A stretch of DNA of 64,000 nucleotides, from assembly GCA_050949565.1 (NCBI GenBank), contig JBMNFY010000019.1, positions 1 through 64,000 on the forward strand, in the 5' to 3' direction. The translations under genes and the position numbers were made by a program. The notes beneath the pieces were generated by a model. The model ran no database searches, was not told the origin of the DNA, and was given only the letters and a program-made list of their open reading frames with translations. Position 1 is the first letter of the stretch, and the number at the start of each line of letters is the position of its first letter. Source of the DNA: Kiritimatiellia bacterium. Its GTDB lineage: Bacteria; Verrucomicrobiota; Kiritimatiellia; RFP12; UBA1067. Shown in pieces: positions 26,590 through 35,993 of the stretch.

Positions 26590-28196
26590 ACCTGCCCCGT
26601 CTTTTCCGTCTTTCACCGCTCACGCAGAAACGGTTACGCAACTTTCTGCGTATCCGTCGTGCGCGTGCAGCGTTGATCCTGCTCGGCATCCTCTTCGCCA
26701 TCAGTCTGGTGGCCGAGTTGCTCTGCAACAGCCGTCCGCTTTTTCTGCGCGTCAACGGCCGCGACTTCTTTCCCTTTATCCAGAAACTGACGCAACGTGA
26801 CCTACTGGGCGAAGAGGCGGAAGCCACCCCGGTCAACTACGCCGCCTTCATCGCGTCGCCGGCCTTCTCCACCAACCCCGCCAATCGCGTGGTCTGGGCG
26901 CCAGTACCGTACAGCCCCGGCGATGTGGTGGATGCCGCCACCCTACGCCATGCGCGCACGGTCAGGGTCTCCGTCGTGCCCGAAGTCCACGTCGGGCGTA
27001 TCAACCTGTTGCGCGACGGCACCATCGTGCGCCCGCAAAGCGTCGCCCCGTTTTTCCGGGGGACAACACCCATCGCTGGCACGCGCCTTGATACGCAATG
27101 GCGCCTGACTGAGGCGTTGCGCGACACGCTGACGCGACGGTTCGATGGACGCGCCGCGCCGCAAGAGCGCTTCGACTTAGAACACGCCAGCGTCACTGGT
27201 TTGACCGCACGCGTGACGTTGCCCGAATGCGCCGCGCGTTCCACGCCGCCGCAATCGGTGCGCCTGATGTTCCGGCAGTCGCAGCCTCCCGACAACCCCC
27301 TGCAACTGCGTTTCAAACGTCTGTCGGACGGCACGCTCGCCGCAACCGACCGTCGTGCGTGGAATCGCGTGCCGGAGGCCCACCGCCCCGACATCCTGCG
27401 TCTGGCCGATGAGGCCTTCAACGGCACTGCGCCATCGGCCACGATCGACTGGAAAGGACGCAAGGCGGCGGTAGCCTGCGCCCTGAATGAAATCGCCTGG
27501 CCCTATCCGCCGGTGCGCGGACACTGGATGGGCATCGACGCCGCCGGCCGCGATGTGTTGGCGCGTGTGCTCTACGGCATGCGCATTGCGATGATCTTCG
27601 GTCTGCTGCTGGCCTTCTGGGCCATGTTCTTCGGGCTGACCCTCGGCGCCATTCAAGGTTATTTCGGCGGTTGGATCGACATCGCCGGACAGCGCCTGAC
27701 CGAAATCTGGAGCGCCCTCCCCTTCCTGTATGTCATGATCTTTATCGGTGCAGCTCTCGGCCGCAGCTTCTTGATCCTGCTCGTCTGCTACAGCCTCTTC
27801 AACTGGATCGGCATCTCCCACTACATGCGCGCCGAGTTCCTGCGCCTTCGCAACCGTACCTTTGTGGAGGCGGCACGTTGCCAAGGCCTTTCCGTGCGGC
27901 GTATCATTTTCATTCACATCCTGCCCAACGCCCTCACACCGCTCATTACGCTCTTCCCGTTCACTTTGATCGGTGCGATCGGCTCGCTGGCGGCTCTGGA
28001 CTTCTTGGGTTTCGGCCTGCCGCCGCTTACGCCGAGTTGGGGCGAGCTGCTCCAGCAGGCGCAGCAGTTCCGCCGGGCGTGGTGGTTGATCCTTTTCCCC
28101 TCGCTCGCGCTCTTTACCGTAATGTTGCTGACGGTACTGGTCGGCGAGGGCCTGCGCGATGCTTTCGATCCGCGCCAACACACGAAGATGGAATAA
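26586..28196 (+). CDS. yejE: ABC peptide transporter permease (YejE-like) with a large periplasmic insertion
   Basis: ELLCNSRPL, HWMGIDAAGRDVLARVLYG, RAEFLRLR..FVEAAR, LDFLGFGLP and GEGLRDAFDPR. Confidence 0.8.
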   Translation: MNLPRLFRLSPLTQKRLRNFLRIRRARAALILLGILFAISLVAELLCNSRPLFLRVNGRDFFPFIQKLTQRDLLGEEAEATPVNYAAFIASPAFSTNPANRVVWAPVPYSPGDVVDAATLRHARTVRVSVVPEVHVGRINLLRDGTIVRPQSVAPFFRGTTPIAGTRLDTQWRLTEALRDTLTRRFDGRAAPQERFDLEHASVTGLTARVTLPECAARSTPPQSVRLMFRQSQPPDNPLQLRFKRLSDGTLAATDRRAWNRVPEAHRPDILRLADEAFNGTAPSATIDWKGRKAAVACALNEIAWPYPPVRGHWMGIDAAGRDVLARVLYGMRIAMIFGLLLAFWAMFFGLTLGAIQGYFGGWIDIAGQRLTEIWSALPFLYVMIFIGAALGRSFLILLVCYSLFNWIGISHYMRAEFLRLRNRTFVEAARCQGLSVRRIIFIHILPNALTPLITLFPFTLIGAIGSLAALDFLGFGLPPLTPSWGELLQQAQQFRRAWWLILFPSLALFTVMLLTVLVGEGLRDAFDPRQHTKME

Positions 28197-28197
28197 C

Positions 28198-29175
28198 ATG
28201 CTGCTCGAACTTTCAGATCTGCACATCCAGTTCGAAACCGAAGATCAAGTGATCCGCGCGGTCGACGGTGTGTCGTTCACGCTTGACCGTGGCCAGGTGC
28301 TCGGCCTAGTCGGCGAGTCGGGTTGCGGCAAATCCGCCACGGCGATGAGTATCCCCCGGTTGCTGCCAATGCCGCCGGCCCGCATCACGCAGGGCAGCAT
28401 TCGCTTCGACGGCCGCGAATTGGTCACCTTGCCGTTGCCCGAGTTGCGTCAATTGCGCGGCGCGCGCATCGGCGTGATTTTTCAAGATGCCCTCTCCGCG
28501 CTCTCGCCGTTGCACCGCATCGGCCGTCAGCTTGCAGAGGTTCTCAAGCTACACCGCGACATCTCGATTGCCGCCGCGCGTGACATCGCGCGCGACTGGC
28601 TGGGCCGCGTCGGCATCCCCGATCCGGATGCCTGCCTGACCGCCTACCCGCACGAACTTTCCGGCGGCATGCAGCAGCGCGTAATGATTGCCATGGGCTT
28701 GATCCTTGAGCCCGATCTGGTGATTGCTGACGAACCCACCACCGCGCTCGATGTGACGATTCAAGCGCAAGTGCTGAATCTGATGCGCCGTCTCTACCGG
28801 CAAAACAGCGGCCTGCTTTTGATCACGCACGACATGGGTGTGGTTTCACAGATGGCCACGCATATTGCGGTCATGTATGCCGGCCAGCTTGTGGAACAGG
28901 CCGACGCCGCAAGCTTTTTCGCCAAGCCGCGTCACCCCTACTCGATCGCGCTGTTGGAAGCCATGCCCTCCGCCGCCACACGCGGCCATCGGCTCAAAGC
29001 CATCCCCGGACAGGTTCCGTCGGCCGGGCAATTCCCGCCGGGTTGCCGCTTTCACGACCGTTGCCCCGTTGCGCAGCCATCGTGTGCGCACACCCCGCCC
29101 GCACTTGAGCCCTGCGACGACCACCTCGTGCGTTGCCCCCACGCACGTGGGGGCAACGCACGAAGGGGGATTTAG
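28198..29175 (+). CDS. oligopeptide ABC transporter ATP-binding protein (OppD/DppD-like)
   Basis: [24 protein letters not shown] and C-terminal GCRFHDRCP. Confidence 0.92.
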   Translation: MLLELSDLHIQFETEDQVIRAVDGVSFTLDRGQVLGLVGESGCGKSATAMSIPRLLPMPPARITQGSIRFDGRELVTLPLPELRQLRGARIGVIFQDALSALSPLHRIGRQLAEVLKLHRDISIAAARDIARDWLGRVGIPDPDACLTAYPHELSGGMQQRVMIAMGLILEPDLVIADEPTTALDVTIQAQVLNLMRRLYRQNSGLLLITHDMGVVSQMATHIAVMYAGQLVEQADAASFFAKPRHPYSIALLEAMPSAATRGHRLKAIPGQVPSAGQFPPGCRFHDRCPVAQPSCAHTPPALEPCDDHLVRCPHARGGNARRGI

Positions 29176-29186
29176 GAGTTAGTGCA

Positions 29187-31184
29187 ATGAAAAGAGATGC
29201 TTGCTTGTTTGCTTGGTCGGATCTGCGGTAAGTGCTTTCACGCGTGACCTCGTGTGGCTCGGCACAGATACCGATAACAACTGGGATCTCGTCACCGATA
29301 ACTGGTTTGTGAAAGGCGACGACACGAAGACACGCGTCTGTTTCGAGCCGGGCGATAACGTCTACTTCCTCGAAAGCGACTGGGTGAACCCTTCGACGCA
29401 GCTCGTCCGAACCAACACAACCGCATGGGCGAAGGAGTTCGATATCGGGTCGATCGTCATCAGCAACGACACCACGACCTTCACGTGGAAATGCAACGTG
29501 GGGAGCTACGTCGACGCTTTGTGTTTTCAGGCGACCTCTATCGACAAGTATGGCAATGGTGCTCTGGCGACCCCCTTCTGCTTCCAGTGGAACTGCGACT
29601 ACACCGTACATGGCGGGCGGTTCATCTCGTCCAACGGATCATCCTATCCCGTCGACCACCGTAATGACACGGGTTCCATGATCGTTCCGCGCACGGTCAG
29701 CTTCCTCACAGGGTCGACGTGGGATGTGACAGGAGGCGTGGGGTTCGGTGGTGCCGGCAACGGAGCACCGCTCCACGTGGTGTTCTCCAACGCAACGTTC
29801 AAGATCTCGCAGAGTTCGCGGTACGTGAGCTTGCCGAGGACAACGTTCTACGACACATCCTTCATCATCAGCAGCAGCGCGGAGGCATCGCGTGCACTGC
29901 TGTTCACCGGTGACATCGTCATCACCGGTAGCACACCGGCCGTTATTCCGGCCGGCCGCACAATGACCTTTGGTCGGAAGGATAGGATGCCCCTCGATGT
30001 AAGGGTCGATGATGTCACCGGCGATGACGCGACCGACTTCACTGTGGGGGGCATACTCTGTAATATGGATGTCATCTACCCTTCCGTCTCAGACAAGCCT
30101 TATTATTTCGGCTACGGTAACTTCAGGAAAACCGGTGCGGGCACAATGTCAATCACCCACCCCGACAACACGTTCACCGGTAACGTCGAGATTGCCGAGG
30201 GCACGTTGCGGCTCGACAACACCAGTTCGCCTAACATCCGCGACGGCTACAACTATCGGTGCAGTACGCTCGGTGCTGTGGATGGCTACGACCGGACGAT
30301 CACGGTCAAGAATGGCGCAACGCTGTTCACCGGAAACAATGTGCCGTTCGGCCTCGTCAATACGCCGATGAGCTTCAAAATCGCAGTCGAGGAGGGCGGT
30401 GCACTTACGTTGGGTCAGACACAGAACAACTTCGGCCAGCTTTCACTGGAGGGCGGCAACTTCTCGTACACAAACGGTGCCCAGGCAACCTGGATCGAGT
30501 ACGGACTGATGGCCATTGGCAAGAAGCTGTCCTTCTCCGGCTCGACACCCTATGACCTGCAAGTCCGCGGCACCCACAACGTCATATACCTCGGCTTCAC
30601 GCTTGACAGTCAACTTGACACAGAACCGGTCAGTCCGAGTCAGCCGCACCTTACAAACCTCTGGAGTGTGGTTGAGATCGAGGTCGCCGACATTACGGGC
30701 GATTCCGGCATTGACGCCGCAATCGGGCTGCCGATGCGCGACATGATCAACATGTGCTACCCGACCTACGGCAACAATCCCAACGGCTACACCTACGACC
30801 CGTGGAAGTACTGCTATTTCCGTGACGGTTGACGCCGGTGCCTTCCTGGGTGGCACGGGCACAGTCTCGGCGGTGACGTTGACGGACGGTGCGGGTTTCA
30901 TCTGCACGGCGAAACGCGGTCAGACGGACGTCCTGAAAATGCCGTCGCTGACGATGCAGGGTGCAGTGACGGTGCGCGTGCTCAATCCCGATGCGACCGA
31001 ATTTTCCACATTCAACCAGAATCTGCTGAAGGTCACTGGCCTGCCCGCATCCGTTGACTTTACCAACTGGAGCGTCTCGTTTGAAGGGGTCGAACAGTCA
31101 AAGATGTTTACCTTTGCGTACGATTCAACGACGGGCATCGTCTCGGCGCACTATGCGGGCGGCACGATGATTCTTCTTCAGTGA
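29187..31184 (+). pseudogene. secreted PATR-repeat protein, disrupted (frameshift near the start; frame break near 30820)
   Basis: FRKTGAGTMSI..NTFTGNVEIAEGTL repeats in 29201-30832; the tail 30822-31184 (LGGTGTV...GGTMILLQ) is in another frame; ATG 29187 is out of frame by one base. Confidence 0.65.
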
Positions 31185-31206
31185 CAAACGCGCGGGGAGG
31201 ATAGGA

Positions 31207-31335
31207 TTTAGGAGTGCGGTGACAAGAGCCGCGCTGTGCGCGGGCCGCAGCACCGCTTTTGCACACCACTCTGCCACCGCACTCCTGCTCAAAAAGCGGC
31301 GTCGCGCGGAAGACCGCTTGCCGCCGCACACCAAA
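31207..31335. repeat. REP/REPIN-like palindromic intergenic element, copy 2
   Basis: Shares GGAGTGCGGTGACAAGAGCCGCGCTGT and AAAGCGGCGTCG...ACCGCTTGCCGCCGCAC with 3414-3524; different central spacer. Confidence 0.8.
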
Positions 31336-31343
31336 TCCGTTTC

Positions 31344-32435
31344 TTAGAGCTGCAAACCTTCGAAGATTGTCTCGATCTTCGCCGCGGCTTTCAGGCCCTC
31401 GATATACTTCTGAACCGCTTCGCGCGACTTGCCCTGCTTGAGCTGCTCGGTCACCTGTTCAGCGGTCGGAACCGGCTGCGGCTGCTGCGCTTGATCGACC
31501 TTGACCAGAATGTGTGACGCCGTGACGGACTCGGGACTCGCCGGGGTGTCGCCCTGCGCTGCGGTGGCGGGCGTTTTCGCCGTGACCTTGATCAGATGGT
31601 AGCCGAATTGGGTCTCGACGATGGCGCCGACCTTGCCAACCTCCTGCGCGAAGGCGGCATCCTCAAAGGGCTTCACCATCCGGCCGCGCGTGAACTCGCC
31701 CAGATCGCCACCCTTTTGGCCGCTGGGGCAATCCGAGTGCGCCTTGGCCAACTCGGCGAAATCAGCGCCACCCTCGAGCTGCTTTTTGATGTCCTCGATC
31801 TTGGCTTTCTTGGCCGCCTTGTCAGCCTCGAGCCCTTTATTCTTCTCAACGATTTCCGCGTTGCTCTTTTCAATATCGGCGATGGTCTTTTTGACGTCTT
31901 CGTCGGCGATCTTGATGTCGGCAAGCACACTCTTTTGGATGAGCTTGTCGATGATGAGCCCCTCTTCGAATTCGGCCTTGGCGGCCTCTTCGCCCAGCGG
32001 GGCCTTCTTGAAGTACTGCTCCGGCGTCATATCCTGAGGCTTCAGCGCCTCTTCCATCTTGGCGAGCTGCGCCTTGCGATCATCGTCGGTCACGGTAATG
32101 GACTGCTTTTTGGCCTCATCAAGCAACAGCGTCTTCATGATGAAGCTGTGCGCCGCACGCTGCTCAAAATACTCCTTGGCCTGCGCAATCTGATCGGCGG
32201 GTACGTTTTGCGATTTCAGCAAAGCGTTGACCACCTTATCCATATCTTTGCGCAGATACTTCTTGTCGTTGACCGAAGCGACAACTTCGTTCGGGTCTGC
32301 GGGGACGGCCGCCTCAACGGCTACGGGCTCAGCAGGACTCCCAGCGGCCTTTACGGCCTCGGGTTCTTTTTCGCAGCCGGTTGCAACCACCAGCGTGGAT
32401 GCCAAGGTCAGGCTGAACAAACGGACGCACTTCAT
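31344..32435 (-). CDS. parvulin-type peptidyl-prolyl isomerase lipoprotein (PrsA/SurA-like)
   Basis: Lipobox VATGC; FAELAKAHSDCPS, GGDLG, MVKPFEDAAF, VETQFGYHLIKV and ASHILV. Confidence 0.9.
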   Translation of the reverse strand: MKCVRLFSLTLASTLVVATGCEKEPEAVKAAGSPAEPVAVEAAVPADPNEVVASVNDKKYLRKDMDKVVNALLKSQNVPADQIAQAKEYFEQRAAHSFIMKTLLLDEAKKQSITVTDDDRKAQLAKMEEALKPQDMTPEQYFKKAPLGEEAAKAEFEEGLIIDKLIQKSVLADIKIADEDVKKTIADIEKSNAEIVEKNKGLEADKAAKKAKIEDIKKQLEGGADFAELAKAHSDCPSGQKGGDLGEFTRGRMVKPFEDAAFAQEVGKVGAIVETQFGYHLIKVTAKTPATAAQGDTPASPESVTASHILVKVDQAQQPQPVPTAEQVTEQLKQGKSREAVQKYIEGLKAAAKIETIFEGLQL

Positions 32436-32452
32436 GGTATCGTGATCTCCTC

Positions 32453-33256
32453 TTACGCAGGTCTCTGCGCAGGTGTTGTATCTAACGTCTCCCAAGTGAC
32501 ACGACGGACAGCCGAGGGCACTTCGAGATGGAAGACCATAAACATACCAAGAAATCGGGATAAGCCAAGAAGAAGATTTGCTTGGTTGTCATTTTTTTTA
32601 TCAGCAAGTATCTGTGCCGCCGTCTCAAATTGCGGCGCATCGGCGAGTAGCATAAAGAGACTGCGGACGGCCCGGTGCAACGCCAGGGTCGACTCACCGG
32701 GCTGGCTTTTCGCCAGGTGGGGACAGGTCAGCCGTCCCGAAGGCAGGGAGAAGCGCAACCACATCCGCTCGGACGGATGGCAGTGCGGACAGGTGCGCAG
32801 GTCCGGCAGAAGCCCCACGTGCCGCAGGAGATGCGTTTCATACCAAAGTAGCAGGGCGCGTAGATTTGTCTCGGGCGCATGGCTGAGCCGGTCGAGGGTC
32901 TGGCTCAGCAACGCGAACAGGTCGGCGGCCTCCTGCTGGCTGGGAACCGCGCGCGCCGTGAGGTCGCACAGATAAGTCGCGGCCACAACATGCCGCCAAC
33001 GCTGCCGCAGTGGCTCGCGCAGTTCACGTGGCACGCATTCCCGAATTGCGTGGACGCCATCGCGCTCGCGCCGATAGAAAAGCAGATCGCACGTGTAAAA
33101 AAGATCGTATTGCCCCAGAAACGCGCTTTTAGGTCGGCAAGCTCCCTTGACCGCCGTGACGACGCGGCCATAATCCGGCGTGAGCCACGTCACCATATGG
33201 GAGGTTTGTGACCAAGGGCGGATTTGCAAGACGATTGCCGGATTCTGAACGATCAA
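32453..33256 (-). CDS. recO: DNA repair protein RecO
   Basis: AIVL...SQTSHMVTWLTPDYGRV..VKGACRPKS, CxxC zinc site; TTG start with AAGGA RBS. Confidence 0.8.
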   Translation of the reverse strand: MIVQNPAIVLQIRPWSQTSHMVTWLTPDYGRVVTAVKGACRPKSAFLGQYDLFYTCDLLFYRRERDGVHAIRECVPRELREPLRQRWRHVVAATYLCDLTARAVPSQQEAADLFALLSQTLDRLSHAPETNLRALLLWYETHLLRHVGLLPDLRTCPHCHPSERMWLRFSLPSGRLTCPHLAKSQPGESTLALHRAVRSLFMLLADAPQFETAAQILADKKNDNQANLLLGLSRFLGMFMVFHLEVPSAVRRVTWETLDTTPAQRPA

Positions 33257-33561
33257 TGCAGCGGTTCCTTTCTTTAAACGGCAGTTGGGTACGGGGATGA
33301 TGGCACAGAGGTACTTTCGGTTCAAGCGGTTTAATCCAAAACTAACCAAACCCTGATATTTTACATGCACTAATTCGCTAATGTTACACCGTTTTCACAG
33401 AGCACCCTCCGGGTGAAGGAACGTAACCTCACCAAGGTTTGTGGAACAGTGCGTAAAAGAACGGCGGAAGGCTTTCCCACGCTGTTCGTTGCTGCCCGGG
33501 TGGGCGGTGATTCGGTGCGGCGGATCCGGACCGGGCAGGAAAGCCAACGAAGGAGAGAGCC

Positions 33562-35748
33562 ATGACATGCACAAAAAAAATGTTTACGGGTTTGATATCC
33601 GTATTCACGCTGATGGGTGCTGCGCAGGCAGCGCTGATCACGATTGACGGTTCAACCCCCAACACTGAGACGCGGGCCACTGCGGTATTCGAATTGCAAG
33701 GCATCCACAACTGGACAGCCGACAACGAGTACCTCTTGAAAGGCACCATTCTGGTTGGTAACGGCGCTGAGCTGCATATTGAAGCAGGTACGGTTATCCG
33801 TGGCGCTAACGAAGTCACGACGAAAGCCGCTTACAACGTCGATTATCGTCCAGGGTCGCTGATTGTCGAGCGCGGCGGTAAGATCTTCGCCAACGGCACA
33901 GCCGAAAACCCAATCGTGATGACGGACGAGTGGGACAACCACTTCCCGTGGAAGAACCAATGGGGCTCGTCGGTCACCCGCACGTGGATGTATCGTAACG
34001 GGTCAAACGTTCCCACGACCCACAACAACCAGACATACGACTACGGCAAAATCGGGAACCTCCACGGCGCGTGGGGCGGACTGGTGTTGTGCGGCAAGGC
34101 GTTTGTGAACTGGGACGGTGCGGACGTTGCCGATCTGGGCACGGTAACGATCAACGTAGAGGGTGTTGATTCCGGTTTGGGCATCGCGGGCGGCGGCAAC
34201 GATGATGACGACTCCAGCGGTGTGGTCAAATACGTCCAAATCCGTTACGGCGGTGCGATCACCACACAGGACGGCAAGGAAATCAACGGCCTGACCCTGT
34301 ACGGCGTCGGTCGCGGCACGGAACTGCACCACATCGAGGTGTACAACAACCAGGATGACGGCATCGAGTGGTTCGGCGGGACGGTCAACGCGAAACATCT
34401 GGTGGTTTGGGGTGCGGGCGACGACACCTTTGACAGCGACGCCGGCTTCCGCGGCAAAAACCAGTTCTTGTTCGGTGTGCAGCGCAACCTGAGCGGCTCG
34501 AAGATCGAGTCTGGCTGCTCTGACAAAGGCATGGAGATGGACGGGTTCGAAAAAACAGCGGCCAGCGGGTCGATGCTTTTCTCGGCCTCCCTCTGGGCCA
34601 ACATTACGCTGATTGGCGCGGATTACGTCGACAGTACCAAACGGAACGCGGCCATTTCGATGCGCGACAACGCCTCGCCGCAGATTTACAACAGCGTGTT
34701 CATGGATTTCGGCAGCAAGGCGACCTTCATCGAGAACCGCACGGACATCACGGCAAACGGAATCACATTGAACGTGGCTGATCGTTTTGAAACCCCCAAC
34801 ACATTGGATCAGTTGCCGACGTGGAGGGCAAACAACGCATTTGGACAAAATGTGGGCCCCGAGTACTTCTATCAGGCGCAGGTGCCCGGCAATCAGGCGT
34901 GCCTCCGCGGGTCGGTCTTCTGGAACATCCAGTCAGGACTTTATCCGACCAATGCGGGCCCTACGTCGCTGATGACTGCCTATCCGTGGATCAACGCTAA
35001 AGCAGGCGGAGGGCCGAACGTCAGCGGCTCACTGGCGCTCTACAGCGACTGGGACATGGAGCAGGAAGGCAATGTTGTCGGCCTGTACAATCTCTCTGCC
35101 GGCGACACCGCCGACGCGGACGCAGACAACCTCATGCCCATCAAACGGCGCTACCGTACTCAGGTCGTGAAGGGGCCAAGCATGACCTCTGCCGCGTACG
35201 ATATCACCGAGATCGACCCGCGTGCCGCGAACGATGCGGTGACGGGCGCCATGTACATCCCTGACAGTTGGGTCACGCCGACCGCCTACCGCGGCGCGTT
35301 CGGTCCGTCGAACAACTGGGCGAAGGGCTGGACCACGATCGCAACTCTGGGTGCCTTCGGTGAGGCTGCGAAAACAGACCCGCAGGAAGTCGAGCCGCTG
35401 GTGGACAACACGGTCTATGTCACGAACACGATCGTGACCGTCGTGACCAACGGCGTGAACGGGATTGTCTATCAGGACAACGGAACGGCGTTTACTGGGG
35501 AGCCGCTGAGCACGGACGTCGCCGTTTGGGGTATCCAGACCAGCCCCGTGGTGACCTACACCATCGCGACAGCGGGCACGTATCAGTTGCAATACACGGC
35601 CAGCCTGAACCCAGGCGAAGTAAATTGGCAGCCCGTGAAGACCTTCACGGCCACCGCTGTGCCTGTGACGGTGAACCTGACCGACCTCGTCGGTTTTACG
35701 CCGGAACATTCGGATGACTCGAGGTTCTATCGCTTGATGAAGCAATAG
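33562..35748 (+). CDS. secreted beta-helix-like protein associated with the TonB-dependent receptor
   Basis: Signal peptide; LHIEAGT, ANGTAENPIV, WGGLVLCG, DSSGVVKYVQIRYGG, EINGLTL and DDGIEWFGGTV; C-terminal SRFYRL. Confidence 0.75.
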   Translation: MTCTKKMFTGLISVFTLMGAAQAALITIDGSTPNTETRATAVFELQGIHNWTADNEYLLKGTILVGNGAELHIEAGTVIRGANEVTTKAAYNVDYRPGSLIVERGGKIFANGTAENPIVMTDEWDNHFPWKNQWGSSVTRTWMYRNGSNVPTTHNNQTYDYGKIGNLHGAWGGLVLCGKAFVNWDGADVADLGTVTINVEGVDSGLGIAGGGNDDDDSSGVVKYVQIRYGGAITTQDGKEINGLTLYGVGRGTELHHIEVYNNQDDGIEWFGGTVNAKHLVVWGAGDDTFDSDAGFRGKNQFLFGVQRNLSGSKIESGCSDKGMEMDGFEKTAASGSMLFSASLWANITLIGADYVDSTKRNAAISMRDNASPQIYNSVFMDFGSKATFIENRTDITANGITLNVADRFETPNTLDQLPTWRANNAFGQNVGPEYFYQAQVPGNQACLRGSVFWNIQSGLYPTNAGPTSLMTAYPWINAKAGGGPNVSGSLALYSDWDMEQEGNVVGLYNLSAGDTADADADNLMPIKRRYRTQVVKGPSMTSAAYDITEIDPRAANDAVTGAMYIPDSWVTPTAYRGAFGPSNNWAKGWTTIATLGAFGEAAKTDPQEVEPLVDNTVYVTNTIVTVVTNGVNGIVYQDNGTAFTGEPLSTDVAVWGIQTSPVVTYTIATAGTYQLQYTASLNPGEVNWQPVKTFTATAVPVTVNLTDLVGFTPEHSDDSRFYRLMKQ

Positions 35749-35780
35749 TTCGCGCCAACGCGCAACACGCTACCTAAGCG

Positions 35781-35813
35781 AAAAAACGTCCCGCAGTCGC
35801 GGGACGTTTTTTT
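35781..35813. terminator. rho-independent (bidirectional) terminator
   Basis: AAAAAACGTCCCGC-agtc-GCGGGACGTTTTTT. Confidence 0.85.
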
Positions 35814-35904
35814 GGTTAAGAGTTGGTTTCAGGTTTCCTTTTTGACACGATTAGATTGCGGGCTTCGCCCGCGTTGGTTCCTTATTCAGGTTGCGGGCGA
35901 TGAT

Positions 35905-35943
35905 TTAACAAAAACTGAACAAAGCACTCATTATCAATTAACA
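35905..35943 (+). promoter_or_regulatory. putative PhoB/OmpR-type direct-repeat box upstream of the receptor
   Basis: TTAACA (35905), TGAACA (35916), ctcatt (35927) and TTAACA (35938) at an exact 11-bp period. Confidence 0.45.
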
Positions 35944-35993
35944 GTATTCCCGCATATTCTCTCAAACCAGGAACAACCAGACCTGAATAACCC

